NCBI GenBank assembly: GCA_002747515.1
Contig: PDPP01000020.1
Location: 1-59,747 of the forward strand
Direction: 5' to 3'
DNA from: Candidatus Moraniibacteriota bacterium
GTDB lineage: Bacteria; Patescibacteriota; Minisyncoccia; Moranbacterales; GCA-2747515
DNA: 59,747 bases
How positions within the stretch are numbered: position 1 is the stretch's first letter; every line of letters starts with the position of its first letter. The position numbers and the translations under genes were made by a program. The notes under the pieces were generated by a model that had not been told where the DNA came from, made no database searches, and worked only from the letters and a program-made list of their open reading frames with translations. This document shows positions 1 through 9,876 of this stretch, one piece after another.

Positions 1-6
1 GTAGAT

Positions 7-603
7 ATGCAAAATGCAAAAAATGAAGAAGCAAAAAAAATTCTCGAAGATGGGAAACCGCACAAGAAAGAAAATAATAAATCAATGAATAAAAAAACTA
101 TGGAAAACATCCCAACAGAAATTAATATGGAATTTGCCAAGACATGTACTGGCGCAACAGTAAAAACAAATAAAGGTACATTTGAATTGGAATTTTTTGG
201 TGCAGACGCACCTGTGACAGTGGCAAATTTCTGTACACTTGCGGATAAAGGTTTTTATGATAATGTGATTTTTCATCGCGTAATCAAAGACTTTATGATT
301 CAAGGTGGCGATCCAGATGGTATAGGCACCGGTGGTCCTGGTTATAAGTTTGATGATGAGATTCATGCAAACAATCATAACGTTGTAGGCACAATCGCAA
401 TGGCAAATGCAGGACCTGGCACAAACGGTAGTCAATTTTTTATCAACACAAAAGACAATAATTTCCTCGACGCAAAGCACACCGTATTTGGCAAAGTGGT
501 GAGTGGCATGGAGACAGTCACAACAATTGAGAATACAAAAACTGGTGCAATGGACAAACCAACAGAAGATATTATAATTGAGAGTGTGACACTAAAAAAA
601 TAG
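7..603 (+). CDS. Cyclophilin-type peptidyl-prolyl cis-trans isomerase (N-terminus may extend beyond the window)
   Basis: FHRVIKDFMIQGGD, AMANAGPGTNGSQFFI and LDAKHTVFG cyclophilin motifs. Confidence 0.95.
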   Translation: MQNAKNEEAKKILEDGKPHKKENNKSMNKKTMENIPTEINMEFAKTCTGATVKTNKGTFELEFFGADAPVTVANFCTLADKGFYDNVIFHRVIKDFMIQGGDPDGIGTGGPGYKFDDEIHANNHNVVGTIAMANAGPGTNGSQFFINTKDNNFLDAKHTVFGKVVSGMETVTTIENTKTGAMDKPTEDIIIESVTLKK

Positions 604-627
604 CACAAACATTTTTATAAAATACAC

Positions 628-659
628 AAAAACCACTTATGCAAAATAGGTGGTTTTTT
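628..659 (+). terminator. Intrinsic terminator after ppi
   Basis: AAAAACCAC...GTGGTTTTTT hairpin with T tract. Confidence 0.6.
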
Positions 660-728
660 GTTTAGACTTTTCCTTGCATAATCAGGAATGTATGATATAT
701 TTGCACTGATTATTTTTAAATAAAAAAT

Positions 729-2933
729 ATGAGTACACATTTTATAAAACGACAGCATATTGCTTTTTTTGGATCAATTATGTTGTCACTGATATATGTT
801 GTATTTTTGTGGCGCTTTTGGTCATATGGCACGCAGGCTGTTGGATTGAATTTTGCGGTATTTAATTGTCTGGTATTGGTATTTTTTATTGCTTTGCAGT
901 GGAATAAATTACGGCAGGCATCATTTCTGTGGATTACGCCACTATTTTTTATTAGTTTTAGCTTGTTTGCACACACGACATCATTTACGACGATGATTAG
1001 TACAATAATTTTTCCATTGTTATTTTTTGTGTTTACAACACATGAATCACATGCAGGAGTGCAAAGAAATCTGTGGAGTCGTTTTTTGCCAATTACAATG
1101 ATTATTATATTTGGACATTATTGTGCTGCTATATTTACATCATTACGTAGACAAGGTGATGTAGATACATATAAAAAAAGTCATGTGAAGATCAGCGATT
1201 CTAAAAAGAGTATGCTTTTTCAAGTTTTTGCAGGGCTATTTATTTTAATTAGTATTTCCTTAATTTTTATTGTGCCACTTTTATCTTCAGCTGATAAATC
1301 ATTTGCACAAATTTTTTCTCATTTTTTTACGTATTTTAGTGATTTTATTGAAGTGCTTATAGATTTTTTTGAGAATTTTAGTGTGACAACATTACAAAAG
1401 ATGCTTTCATTTATCTTTTTTATGTTAATATTTTTGGGATTTTCAGCGTATTGGAAAAAAGAGATAAAAGAAATTTTTACAGTATCAAAGAAAAAAACTG
1501 CGTACAAAAACACAATTACTTTGGGCATTGTGCTTGTAGGTATATTATGTCTTTATGTATTGTTTATCTTTTTGCAAATCAAGTCACTTTTTATTAGTGC
1601 ATTGCCTGTAGATTTTTCACAAACAGAAAACCTCGTAAAGTCTGGGTTTTGGCAATTGTTTGCTTTGACAATTTTTAATATTATATTATATTCGGCTGTT
1701 TTTCAAAAAAGTACAAAATGGATACAATGCATACTCGCAGCATTTACAGTGTCCTCACTATTTCTCGTGTTTTCTGCAGGACAAAGAGTGTTTTTGTATG
1801 TGGCAACGTATGGACTAAGTTATGAAAAGTTTTTTGCACTGTACACAGTGATATATTGCAGTATTGTTTTTATTTGGTTTGTGACACTTTTTATTGGAAA
1901 AAATGAAAAAGTGTATATTGTAAAGACGCTTGCTTTTTTGGCACTTGGTATGTATGCGTTTTCTGTGACACTGCCTTTGGAAAAAATTATTTTTACAACA
2001 AACTTAGGATTAACGCAAAAAGAAGATAGTCGTGTGAATATCAATGAATTACGTATGCTTGGATTTGATGCGTTACCTGTTGTGGAAGAAAATTATGATC
2101 TTTTGATTGCCGAAGCACGGAAAGATTTCGCACAAAAGAATCCTAGAAAATTCATGATATTGGAAACACACAACGGAGCGATGGAAAAATATATTACGGA
2201 GATGGTTGAAAAAAGATGGATTGAATGGATGAAAGAACATGATGTGCAACAAAATGTAGCGTTCAAAAGACCGTATGATTTGCATCAGTATCTGAAATCA
2301 AAAGAAAAAGAATGTGCAACGTGTGTACAAAAAAAATGGTATGAAAAAACATGGTTGGAATTGCAATATGCACCAAAAATACCAAAAGAAAAAATGAAAA
2401 AGCAACAAACGAAAAAAGGTGTGCGAACATGGAAAGATCCATTACATGGTTTTTCTGTACAGTATGCACACAATACGCGATTTGATGCAGGTGATTCGTA
2501 CAATATAACTGATTTGACTGAACATGATTATTGGCTTACTGTTTCTACTGATGTTGTTGGACATGCAGGAAGAAGTGTATACTTTACAGTATATAATGGA
2601 TCTGATCCAGATCCTTCAGAAAATCACATCGCATACACAAAAATGCTACGTACATATCAAAGAAATGGTGGTCCGCACATTTATCTTCCACACATGCCAA
2701 ATACTCCTGCGTATATTATTGTATATCACGGTAAAAATCCACAAGAGAGGTATTATGGATTACTATTTGATCTTGGAAATGGCAACGTTGGTCGCATTAG
2801 TTCCAATGACAGTGCGTCGTATGTACCACATATACAACGCATATCAGCAGACAAATATGTGCAATTGATTACACCACATCCGGAATTAGCTGATGTCATT
2901 ACATCATTTCAACCGATTGATATTGTAGAATAA
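729..2933 (+). CDS. DUF4173/DUF4153-type polytopic membrane protein with soluble C-terminal extension
   Basis: Many TM segments; PLLSSADxxF, GFWQLF and YxxxYGLS motifs typical of DUF4173; ~250 aa hydrophilic tail. Confidence 0.7.
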   Translation: MSTHFIKRQHIAFFGSIMLSLIYVVFLWRFWSYGTQAVGLNFAVFNCLVLVFFIALQWNKLRQASFLWITPLFFISFSLFAHTTSFTTMISTIIFPLLFFVFTTHESHAGVQRNLWSRFLPITMIIIFGHYCAAIFTSLRRQGDVDTYKKSHVKISDSKKSMLFQVFAGLFILISISLIFIVPLLSSADKSFAQIFSHFFTYFSDFIEVLIDFFENFSVTTLQKMLSFIFFMLIFLGFSAYWKKEIKEIFTVSKKKTAYKNTITLGIVLVGILCLYVLFIFLQIKSLFISALPVDFSQTENLVKSGFWQLFALTIFNIILYSAVFQKSTKWIQCILAAFTVSSLFLVFSAGQRVFLYVATYGLSYEKFFALYTVIYCSIVFIWFVTLFIGKNEKVYIVKTLAFLALGMYAFSVTLPLEKIIFTTNLGLTQKEDSRVNINELRMLGFDALPVVEENYDLLIAEARKDFAQKNPRKFMILETHNGAMEKYITEMVEKRWIEWMKEHDVQQNVAFKRPYDLHQYLKSKEKECATCVQKKWYEKTWLELQYAPKIPKEKMKKQQTKKGVRTWKDPLHGFSVQYAHNTRFDAGDSYNITDLTEHDYWLTVSTDVVGHAGRSVYFTVYNGSDPDPSENHIAYTKMLRTYQRNGGPHIYLPHMPNTPAYIIVYHGKNPQERYYGLLFDLGNGNVGRISSNDSASYVPHIQRISADKYVQLITPHPELADVITSFQPIDIVE

Positions 2934-3046
2934 ATATTCCCATTCATGCTATCTCTTCGTGATTGTTCAATTGACTAGAGAATTTGTACATAGAAGATGG
3001 AAGGTGGAAGATGGAATATAGCAAATAGCAATATTTTATGCACACA

Positions 3047-3070
3047 GTAGAGACGCGATTCATCGCGTCT
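3047..3070 (+). repeat. GTAG-headed REP-like palindrome
   Basis: GTAG + AGACGCGAT-TC-ATCGCGTCT, perfect 9-bp stem. Confidence 0.65.
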
Positions 3071-3254
3071 TTTATGTAGTTATAGAATATGGAAGGTAAA
3101 ATATCGTAGTTAGATTACCAGACATCTAGACCGCTAGATGCATAGATTGCGAGATAATTAGTGACGTATTACTGATTACTAGTTACTAATCCACTTTTGT
3201 CAAAGTGCTTCTAGCATTGTATGATAAATACACATATTTATCAGAAAACATATT

Positions 3255-5921
3255 ATGACAAAAAACAAGAAAAAAACACTTCTACTGCTTGATGGTAATG
3301 CAATTATTCATCGTGCATATCACGCAATTCCACCACTTTCAACGGAAGATGGCACAGAAATTAATGCTGTGTTTGGGTTTACTTCGACATTACTTACAGT
3401 TTTGGAAAAATTTCATCCAGATTATATTATTGCAACATTTGATTTACCAGGAAAGAATTTTCGTCATGAGATGTATAGTGATTACAAAGCAACACGCAAA
3501 GAAACGCCAGAAGACCTTATTCCACAATTTGATTTAGTAAAAGATGTTGTGCGGTCACTTGGGATTACTATTATTGAAAAAGCAGGTTTTGAAGCTGATG
3601 ATGTGATTGGTACGGTGGCAGCAGATGCAACAAAACAAAAAATTGATACAGTAATTGTTACAGGTGATAAAGATACGTTGCAACTTGTTGATGATAGTGT
3701 AAAAGTGTTTACGATGTCGCGCGGTATTCATGACATGCTTTTGTATGATAGGGAGTTGGTCAAAGAAAAAATGGGCATAGATGTTGATCAGATTATTGAC
3801 TACAAGGGACTGCGTGGAGATGCAAGTGATAATATTCCCGGTGTAAAAGGTGTGGGAGAAAAAACAGCAATTATGTTACTTGGTGAATATCATACATTGG
3901 AAAATGTGTACGATAACATCGAAAACATCAAAGGTGCAGTGCGTAAAAAATTAGAAGCAGATAAAGAACAAGCATTTCTTTCACGTGATCTTGGTATTAT
4001 TCGGCGAGATGTGCCAATTGAAATAATTTCATATGCAGAAACGGAGGTACAAAGGATGACATTTGATAATGCACGTAAAATGTTTCAAAAGCTTGGATTT
4101 ACAAGTCTCTTAAAGCGCCTGCCAGATGCAAAGAAGTCAAGTGATGTAAAAGGTGATGAACAAGAACAAAAAAAGCAATATATTTTTCTAAGTGAGGATG
4201 AGGTCGCAAGTACACTAGAGAAATTACAAAAAGAAGAGGTGTGCATCGCGATTGATGCTGATGAGAAAAAAATGTATGGTGTTGCACTCTGTAAGAATGA
4301 TGTTTTTTATGTAGCTTACACGGAAAAAACGAGGGAGCTTATAAATTTCTTTTTGCAAGACGGTGGTGTAAAAAAAGTGTGTTTTGATGCAAAAAATGAC
4401 ATGCATTTCCTTGCAAAAAATAATATTAGACTTCGTGGTGTGATATCAGATATATTATTGCAAGCATATGTGTTGCAGAGGAATAAAAAATTTGAATTTG
4501 AGCATCTTGTATTTGATGTGACAGGTGATATTTTGGAAGAAAAAAAGAAAACACCGCAAATGGAATTGAGCCTAAGGGATAATAGTATTGAAAGAGAACA
4601 AGTGTGTCAACGTGCTTTTTATATGAAAGCACTATATGGTTATTTCACGCAAAAGATTTGCGAGACAATTAAATCACAGAACAAAAAAGCAAATATTCAG
4701 ACGTTGCTTGATACGATTGAAATGCCACTTATTGAAATTCTTTTTAATATGGAGCAGTGTGGAATTCTCCTTGATCAGAAGCGATTTGGAGAAATTGCAG
4801 AACACATCAATACAAATATTGAAAAATTGACAGAAAACATTTATGAGTATGCGGGAGAGACATTTAATATTAATTCTACACAGCAATTACGTGTCATTCT
4901 TTTTGATAAATTAGGTATTGATACGAGCACTATCAAAAAGACTAAGACAGGATTTTCTACAGCGTCTAGTGAGCTAAATAAAATTCGGGATATTCATCCG
5001 ATTGTGGAAGAAATCGAAAAATATCGTGAGCTCTTTAAACTTAAAACGACATATGTGGATGTTTTGCCGACATTAGTGCATGCAGATCAGCGTATACATA
5101 CATCGTTTAATCAGGCAGTTGCATCAACAGGGCGACTTTCATCTTCAGATCCAAATTTGCAAAACATTCCAATTCGTACAGAAGAAGGACGCACGCTACG
5201 TGAGGGCTTTGTCGCGGGAGAGGGTAAAAAACTTGTGAGTGCGGATTACTCGCAGATTGATTTGCGCTGCGTCGCACATGTTAGTGGAGATGCGGTGCTC
5301 ATCGATGCGTTTCAAAAAGGTGCAGATATTCACACATTTACCGCTGCATCCGTCCTCGGCATTGCACAAAAAGATGTCACCACAAAACAACGCTCTAGTG
5401 CAAAAGAATTGAATTTTGGTTTAATCTATGGCATGGGACAGTTTGGATTTGCACGTGCTGCTGGTATTGACAATGACCAAGCTAAAAAATTTATCGCTGC
5501 GTATTTTGAGAAATTTGCTGGCGTGAAAACATACATGGATCAGACTAAAAAAGATGCGGCACAAAACGGCTACGTGGAAACACTCTTTGGACGTAGACGC
5601 TATGTCGCAGGCATCACATCAAAAAACTTCCAAATCAAAAGCGCCGGAGAACGTGCCGCGATTAACATGCCGATTCAGGGACTCGCAGCAGACATCATGA
5701 AACTCGCGATGATTGCCGCTGACAAGCACATTACAAAAATGTATCACAATGGGGAAGTCCATGCCATATTGCAAATTCACGATGAAATCATCTTTGAAGT
5801 CGATGATGCTGTAGTGGACATATTCACCCACGACATCCGCCGCGTCATGGAACACGTCTGCACCCTCGCTGTCCCTCTCGTCGTAGATGTCGCCATCGGC
5901 AACCACTGGGGGGAGTTGTGA
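3255..5921 (+). CDS. polA: DNA polymerase I
   Basis: 5'-3' exonuclease N-terminus (LLDGNAIIHRAYHA, GDASDNIPGV); family A motifs ADYSQIDLR, AKELNFGLIYG, QIHDE. Confidence 0.98.
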   Translation: MTKNKKKTLLLLDGNAIIHRAYHAIPPLSTEDGTEINAVFGFTSTLLTVLEKFHPDYIIATFDLPGKNFRHEMYSDYKATRKETPEDLIPQFDLVKDVVRSLGITIIEKAGFEADDVIGTVAADATKQKIDTVIVTGDKDTLQLVDDSVKVFTMSRGIHDMLLYDRELVKEKMGIDVDQIIDYKGLRGDASDNIPGVKGVGEKTAIMLLGEYHTLENVYDNIENIKGAVRKKLEADKEQAFLSRDLGIIRRDVPIEIISYAETEVQRMTFDNARKMFQKLGFTSLLKRLPDAKKSSDVKGDEQEQKKQYIFLSEDEVASTLEKLQKEEVCIAIDADEKKMYGVALCKNDVFYVAYTEKTRELINFFLQDGGVKKVCFDAKNDMHFLAKNNIRLRGVISDILLQAYVLQRNKKFEFEHLVFDVTGDILEEKKKTPQMELSLRDNSIEREQVCQRAFYMKALYGYFTQKICETIKSQNKKANIQTLLDTIEMPLIEILFNMEQCGILLDQKRFGEIAEHINTNIEKLTENIYEYAGETFNINSTQQLRVILFDKLGIDTSTIKKTKTGFSTASSELNKIRDIHPIVEEIEKYRELFKLKTTYVDVLPTLVHADQRIHTSFNQAVASTGRLSSSDPNLQNIPIRTEEGRTLREGFVAGEGKKLVSADYSQIDLRCVAHVSGDAVLIDAFQKGADIHTFTAASVLGIAQKDVTTKQRSSAKELNFGLIYGMGQFGFARAAGIDNDQAKKFIAAYFEKFAGVKTYMDQTKKDAAQNGYVETLFGRRRYVAGITSKNFQIKSAGERAAINMPIQGLAADIMKLAMIAADKHITKMYHNGEVHAILQIHDEIIFEVDDAVVDIFTHDIRRVMEHVCTLAVPLVVDVAIGNHWGEL

Positions 5922-5925
5922 TTTT

Positions 5926-6465
5926 TTATATTTTTTGTGCGGTATAGTGGGGAAATATTTTGTGCAGGTTTGCTTTGAAAAACAGGTCGTCCACTGCTTG
6001 TTCGGTTTCTTGGTATGACATTTGCGCGGTTTTGACATAGATGCACAAATGCAATAATTCATGCACTATTGTCATGAGCATGTCTTCAATCGGTGCATTG
6101 ATGTTGATAAATATTTCGTGTGGTGCATTGTAGTAGCCGTAACATCCGTAGAATGTGAGGAAACAATTGTAATCGTTGCACAGTGTGAGTGTATGATGAT
6201 GTGTGTTGTATTGTTGCAGTGCGTAGAATACGTCGCGTTCTTTTTTGTGCCATGCGGTTGTGAGTGTTTTTTGTGTGTTTTTTATCTGATACTTTTCTTC
6301 GTCAGAGCAAATTTGACGTCGCACATCGTCACCGCGCAGTGTAGTATGTGCATCAAAAGGAAAATAAAAAAACATCTCATTTTGTATAAAATGATTGATA
6401 TGTTTTTGGATAAACGGTAATTCTTTCGCGATTCTTTCTTGGCTATAAATAATACGAATTTTCAT
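5926..6465 (-). CDS. Hypothetical protein with HExxH (possible zinc metallopeptidase)
   Basis: 179-aa ORF containing IVHELLH; convergent with polA. Confidence 0.6.
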   Translation of the reverse strand: MKIRIIYSQERIAKELPFIQKHINHFIQNEMFFYFPFDAHTTLRGDDVRRQICSDEEKYQIKNTQKTLTTAWHKKERDVFYALQQYNTHHHTLTLCNDYNCFLTFYGCYGYYNAPHEIFININAPIEDMLMTIVHELLHLCIYVKTAQMSYQETEQAVDDLFFKANLHKIFPHYTAQKI

Positions 6466-6527
6466 TGCTGTTTGTCAAATAAAAACACCCTCTACTGAAT
6501 TTAAGTATAGGGTATTTTAGGAAGGAT

Positions 6528-6839
6528 TCAAGCGAAAAAATTTAACACTCCTTCTATTTCATACTTACTAACTTTTATAGAAAAGTCTTTCAATAATTTC
6601 ACTTGTATCTCTTTTATATTTGCACAATGACCGATAGAATCTAAAATCAAAAAAGATTTATGATTTAATACAATGATGCCTTTTTCCTCAATCATGCAGA
6701 TGTAAAAATTCTCATTTTCTCTGCGCATTTTGTATTGGCGATTTATTGATATAGAACTTCTTCTATCACAAGAATCGTTAGTCTCACAAGAATTAAATTG
6801 TGGTAATCTATTTCTTATGAGATAAATCCATTTATGCAA
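6528..6839 (-). CDS. Hypothetical protein or remnant with PqqD/RRE-like C-terminus
   Basis: TTG start; frame stays open ~45 codons upstream without ATG; LNHKSFLILDSI..ANIKEIQVKLLKDF resembles a PqqD winged helix. Confidence 0.35.
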   Translation of the reverse strand: MHKWIYLIRNRLPQFNSCETNDSCDRRSSISINRQYKMRRENENFYICMIEEKGIIVLNHKSFLILDSIGHCANIKEIQVKLLKDFSIKVSKYEIEGVLNFFA

Positions 6840-7031
6840 ATAATTTTTTGTTGTTATTACAAGAGACTGAAAAACAGATTCATCCTGGGGAGAATTGTAA
6901 GTAAGGAATTGTTTTTGATTAAATACATGTTGTTGATAGTTTGTGTTGACAGTTTGAAAATAAGAGGTTAAAATTCCATGTTAGATATTTAAAAAAATAT
7001 GAATACACAATTTTAATTACAGGAGAGAATA

Positions 7032-7535
7032 ATGGAATTGATCAATATTAAAGTTGAGCCGTCTATTATTTTAAAACAATTTGAAGTTTCTGATATAAAG
7101 GTGATTTTTCAAGTGATGGATAGGAATAGGGATTATCTAAAAAAGTGGTGTGCTAGAACGATTGATAAATATCCAAATGCTGAAGCACTTTGTGAGGATA
7201 TTGTGCGTTATAGAAATAGTAAAGCGTTTTGTTTGGGTATTTGGGACAAAAAAGAGTTTATGGGCAGTATAAATTTTACTGTATACAACGATTTTTTTGA
7301 AGTGCCTCGTTGCGTGATTGGGTATTGGATTGATGAGAATCATCAGGGCAGGGGTTATATAGGAAAATCTCTTGCGTATATTGTTGAGTATATTTTTGAT
7401 ACGTTTGATGTGCATATGATTCACGCAAAGGTATCAAGTCAAAATAAGAGAAGTATTAATGTACTTGAGAGAGCAGGATTTAGTAAATATGAAAGCATTT
7501 TTGAGCTTGAATTTGTTTTAGGGAGAAACGTGTAA
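7032..7535 (+). CDS. RimJ/RimL-family GNAT N-acetyltransferase
   Basis: IGYWIDENHQGRGY and NKRSINVLERAGF; AGGAG RBS. Confidence 0.9.
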   Translation: MELINIKVEPSIILKQFEVSDIKVIFQVMDRNRDYLKKWCARTIDKYPNAEALCEDIVRYRNSKAFCLGIWDKKEFMGSINFTVYNDFFEVPRCVIGYWIDENHQGRGYIGKSLAYIVEYIFDTFDVHMIHAKVSSQNKRSINVLERAGFSKYESIFELEFVLGRNV

Positions 7536-7628
7536 TTTTTGATTTTAGTATTGTTAAAAAATCACTGACAGATAATCTGTCTTAGCGGATTTTTTTATAC
7601 TCTTTTAGTTAATATTGTTGTTATTTTT

Positions 7629-7670
7629 CCCTCCGTATTTTTGTGCATAACTGTGCATAAAATACGGAGG
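7629..7670. terminator. Hairpin between convergent GNAT and cobW-like genes
   Basis: CCTCCGTATTTT...AAAATACGGAGG inverted repeat. Confidence 0.6.
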
Positions 7671-7727
7671 ATTTTTAATTTTAAGTTTTTTCTGTTCTTT
7701 TTTCAGCGATAGTGATAGTAAAATGGT

Positions 7728-8699
7728 TTATTTATGATGGTGATGATGACCTTTTGGCGTGTATTGTAATTCATTTTCTTCAACATGAAATGTTTTTGTG
7801 ATGAGATTGGCATCTTCTTTGATGTATTCACCCATAAAAACGACACGTGGTTCAATTTCTTTTTTGCTTAACAAGGTGAATTCTGTTTTACCAAATGAAT
7901 TATTAATTACAGCATTTCCTTGATTGGTTTTAATTACACCTTTAATTCGGTAGAATTTTTTCTTTGGAAATTTTTCTAACTCTGTTTTAAGGGTATGAAT
8001 ATCAAAAATGTGGTTAGGTGTAATTTCAATAAGATCAACCTCAAGTGTTTGATGATTGCTCTCGACTTCTTTTTCTTCATTAAGCACGCTTTCTTGTGTA
8101 AGAAAAAGTGTACTATCGAGTCCAAATACAATGTCAGGACTAATGTATCCGTGGTCAGTCTTAATTTTTGGTGTGTCAAGATTAATTTCATAGAGATCAT
8201 CGAGATTTGTGTCGAGCGTGCGTTCATCAAGATTTTCGTGTTTATTGATGAGGATGAGATCAGTGTATTTTGCTTGCATTTTGAGTGTAGGGCTTTTATC
8301 AACGTATCCTTTAAAATTAATTGCATCAATCACAGTAATGACACCATTAATGGTAAGACGAGGGTTTTTGCGAATTTCCCACACAATTGGTGCAGGTGCT
8401 GCTGAGCCAGATGTCTCGATGAATATATGATCTGGGTTGGATTCTAGCATTTCGTCGAGGGCACTATTGAGACTGCCAATCATATAATGACAGAGACAAC
8501 CTTTAAGAATTTCTTTTACTGTTGAGACATTTTGTTGTTCAGCAAGTTCAGAATCCACAGCAGTGTTTCCAACTTCATTTTTAAGCCATGCAATTGTGTA
8601 GTTTTTTGGTACGTTTTTGATGAGATTTATGATTACGGTGGTCTTGCCTGCGCCAAGATATCCAGTGAATAGTGTCACTGGAACTTTTTGTTTTTGCAT
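7728..8699 (-). CDS. COG0523/CobW-family G3E metallochaperone GTPase
   Basis: GYLGAGKTT, NEVG, GCLCH, ETSG, NKHE; C-terminal HHHHH; start placed at ATG 8699 (MQKQKVPV) just after the fda stop. Confidence 0.9.
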   Translation of the reverse strand: MQKQKVPVTLFTGYLGAGKTTVIINLIKNVPKNYTIAWLKNEVGNTAVDSELAEQQNVSTVKEILKGCLCHYMIGSLNSALDEMLESNPDHIFIETSGSAAPAPIVWEIRKNPRLTINGVITVIDAINFKGYVDKSPTLKMQAKYTDLILINKHENLDERTLDTNLDDLYEINLDTPKIKTDHGYISPDIVFGLDSTLFLTQESVLNEEKEVESNHQTLEVDLIEITPNHIFDIHTLKTELEKFPKKKFYRIKGVIKTNQGNAVINNSFGKTEFTLLSKKEIEPRVVFMGEYIKEDANLITKTFHVEENELQYTPKGHHHHHK

Positions 8700-8712
8700 A
8701 TATTTTTTAAAA

Positions 8713-9609
8713 TTATTTTTTTGTTGATGCATCGAAGATTGTTTGTATAGAGGCATCAAGTGTATTTGTAAACTCGTCTTCGCTTTGTTTTATTGATAAT
8801 CCTTCCGAAAGAGCACGTGAAAAACTTGCTATAATGCCATAATTTTGAGATAGTTTTTTGTTGGCTATTTCACGAGAATATCCTCCAGAGAGCGCAACAA
8901 CTCTTAAAACTTGTGGATGTTCAATACATTTTTTATATAAATTATTTTTGTTTGGAAGTGTGATCTTTATCATCACAAACTGATCATTTTGTAGTGTATC
9001 TAAATGTGTTAATAATTCTGTGAGAAGCAAGTTTTCTGCATGAGATTTTTCTGGTGCATATATATCAACTTCTGGTTCTATAATTGGTACAAGTCCTTTA
9101 GCGATAATTTGTTTTGCAATAGTAAATTGTTGTGAAACAATATTTGCAATTCCTACAGCATTTGCATTTTTGATAACCGAACGCATTTTTGTTCCAAAGA
9201 CATTTTGTGATTTTGCAAAATCTAGCATGCTATCTAGGTCAGGAATTGGTTTCATAAGTTGCACATTATTTTGTTCTTCATCCAATCCTTTGTCAATTTT
9301 TAAAAAAGGCACAATACTTTTCTTTTCCCATAGATATTGTGCTGTTGGCATTTTTTTAATATTTCTTTCAAGAGTATTTTGGAATAAGATTGCACCAAGA
9401 ATACGATCTTTGTTAAATGTGGGATTTGTGATAATACGTGTACGCATTTCATGAATTATGTCAAACATTTCCTTTTCATTGCTGTATTGTTCTTTATTTA
9501 TGCCGTACAAATTTAGTGTTTTTGGTGTGCTGCCACCACTTTGGTCTAGTGCTGCGATAAATCCTTTTGCTGTTTTAATTTTTTGAAATTGTTGTTTAAA
9601 ATAAGACAT
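8713..9609 (-). CDS. fda: Class I fructose-bisphosphate aldolase (staphylococcal Fda type)
   Basis: GFIAALDQSGGSTPK, VPFLKIDKGL, VVALSGGYSR, SFSRAL. Confidence 0.93.
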   Translation of the reverse strand: MSYFKQQFQKIKTAKGFIAALDQSGGSTPKTLNLYGINKEQYSNEKEMFDIIHEMRTRIITNPTFNKDRILGAILFQNTLERNIKKMPTAQYLWEKKSIVPFLKIDKGLDEEQNNVQLMKPIPDLDSMLDFAKSQNVFGTKMRSVIKNANAVGIANIVSQQFTIAKQIIAKGLVPIIEPEVDIYAPEKSHAENLLLTELLTHLDTLQNDQFVMIKITLPNKNNLYKKCIEHPQVLRVVALSGGYSREIANKKLSQNYGIIASFSRALSEGLSIKQSEDEFTNTLDASIQTIFDASTKK

Positions 9610-9876
9610 TTTGTATCAATTTATTATTACATATTTAGTATAGTCTTCTTCAAAAAAAATGACAAAATAGAAAAACTTTAAAATATGTGTATTTAGAAAT
9701 TATTTCAGAAGAAGATATGAACTATAAATAGTCATTAAAATAATCAAAGGAGAGATTTATAGAGTAAAAATGATATATTTTTTGATTTTTTGAGAAGGTA
9801 TAAAAATATATTGCATTATCACATATGTATTATACTATGTTATACTAATTTTATAATATTATAATTTTTTACATTT

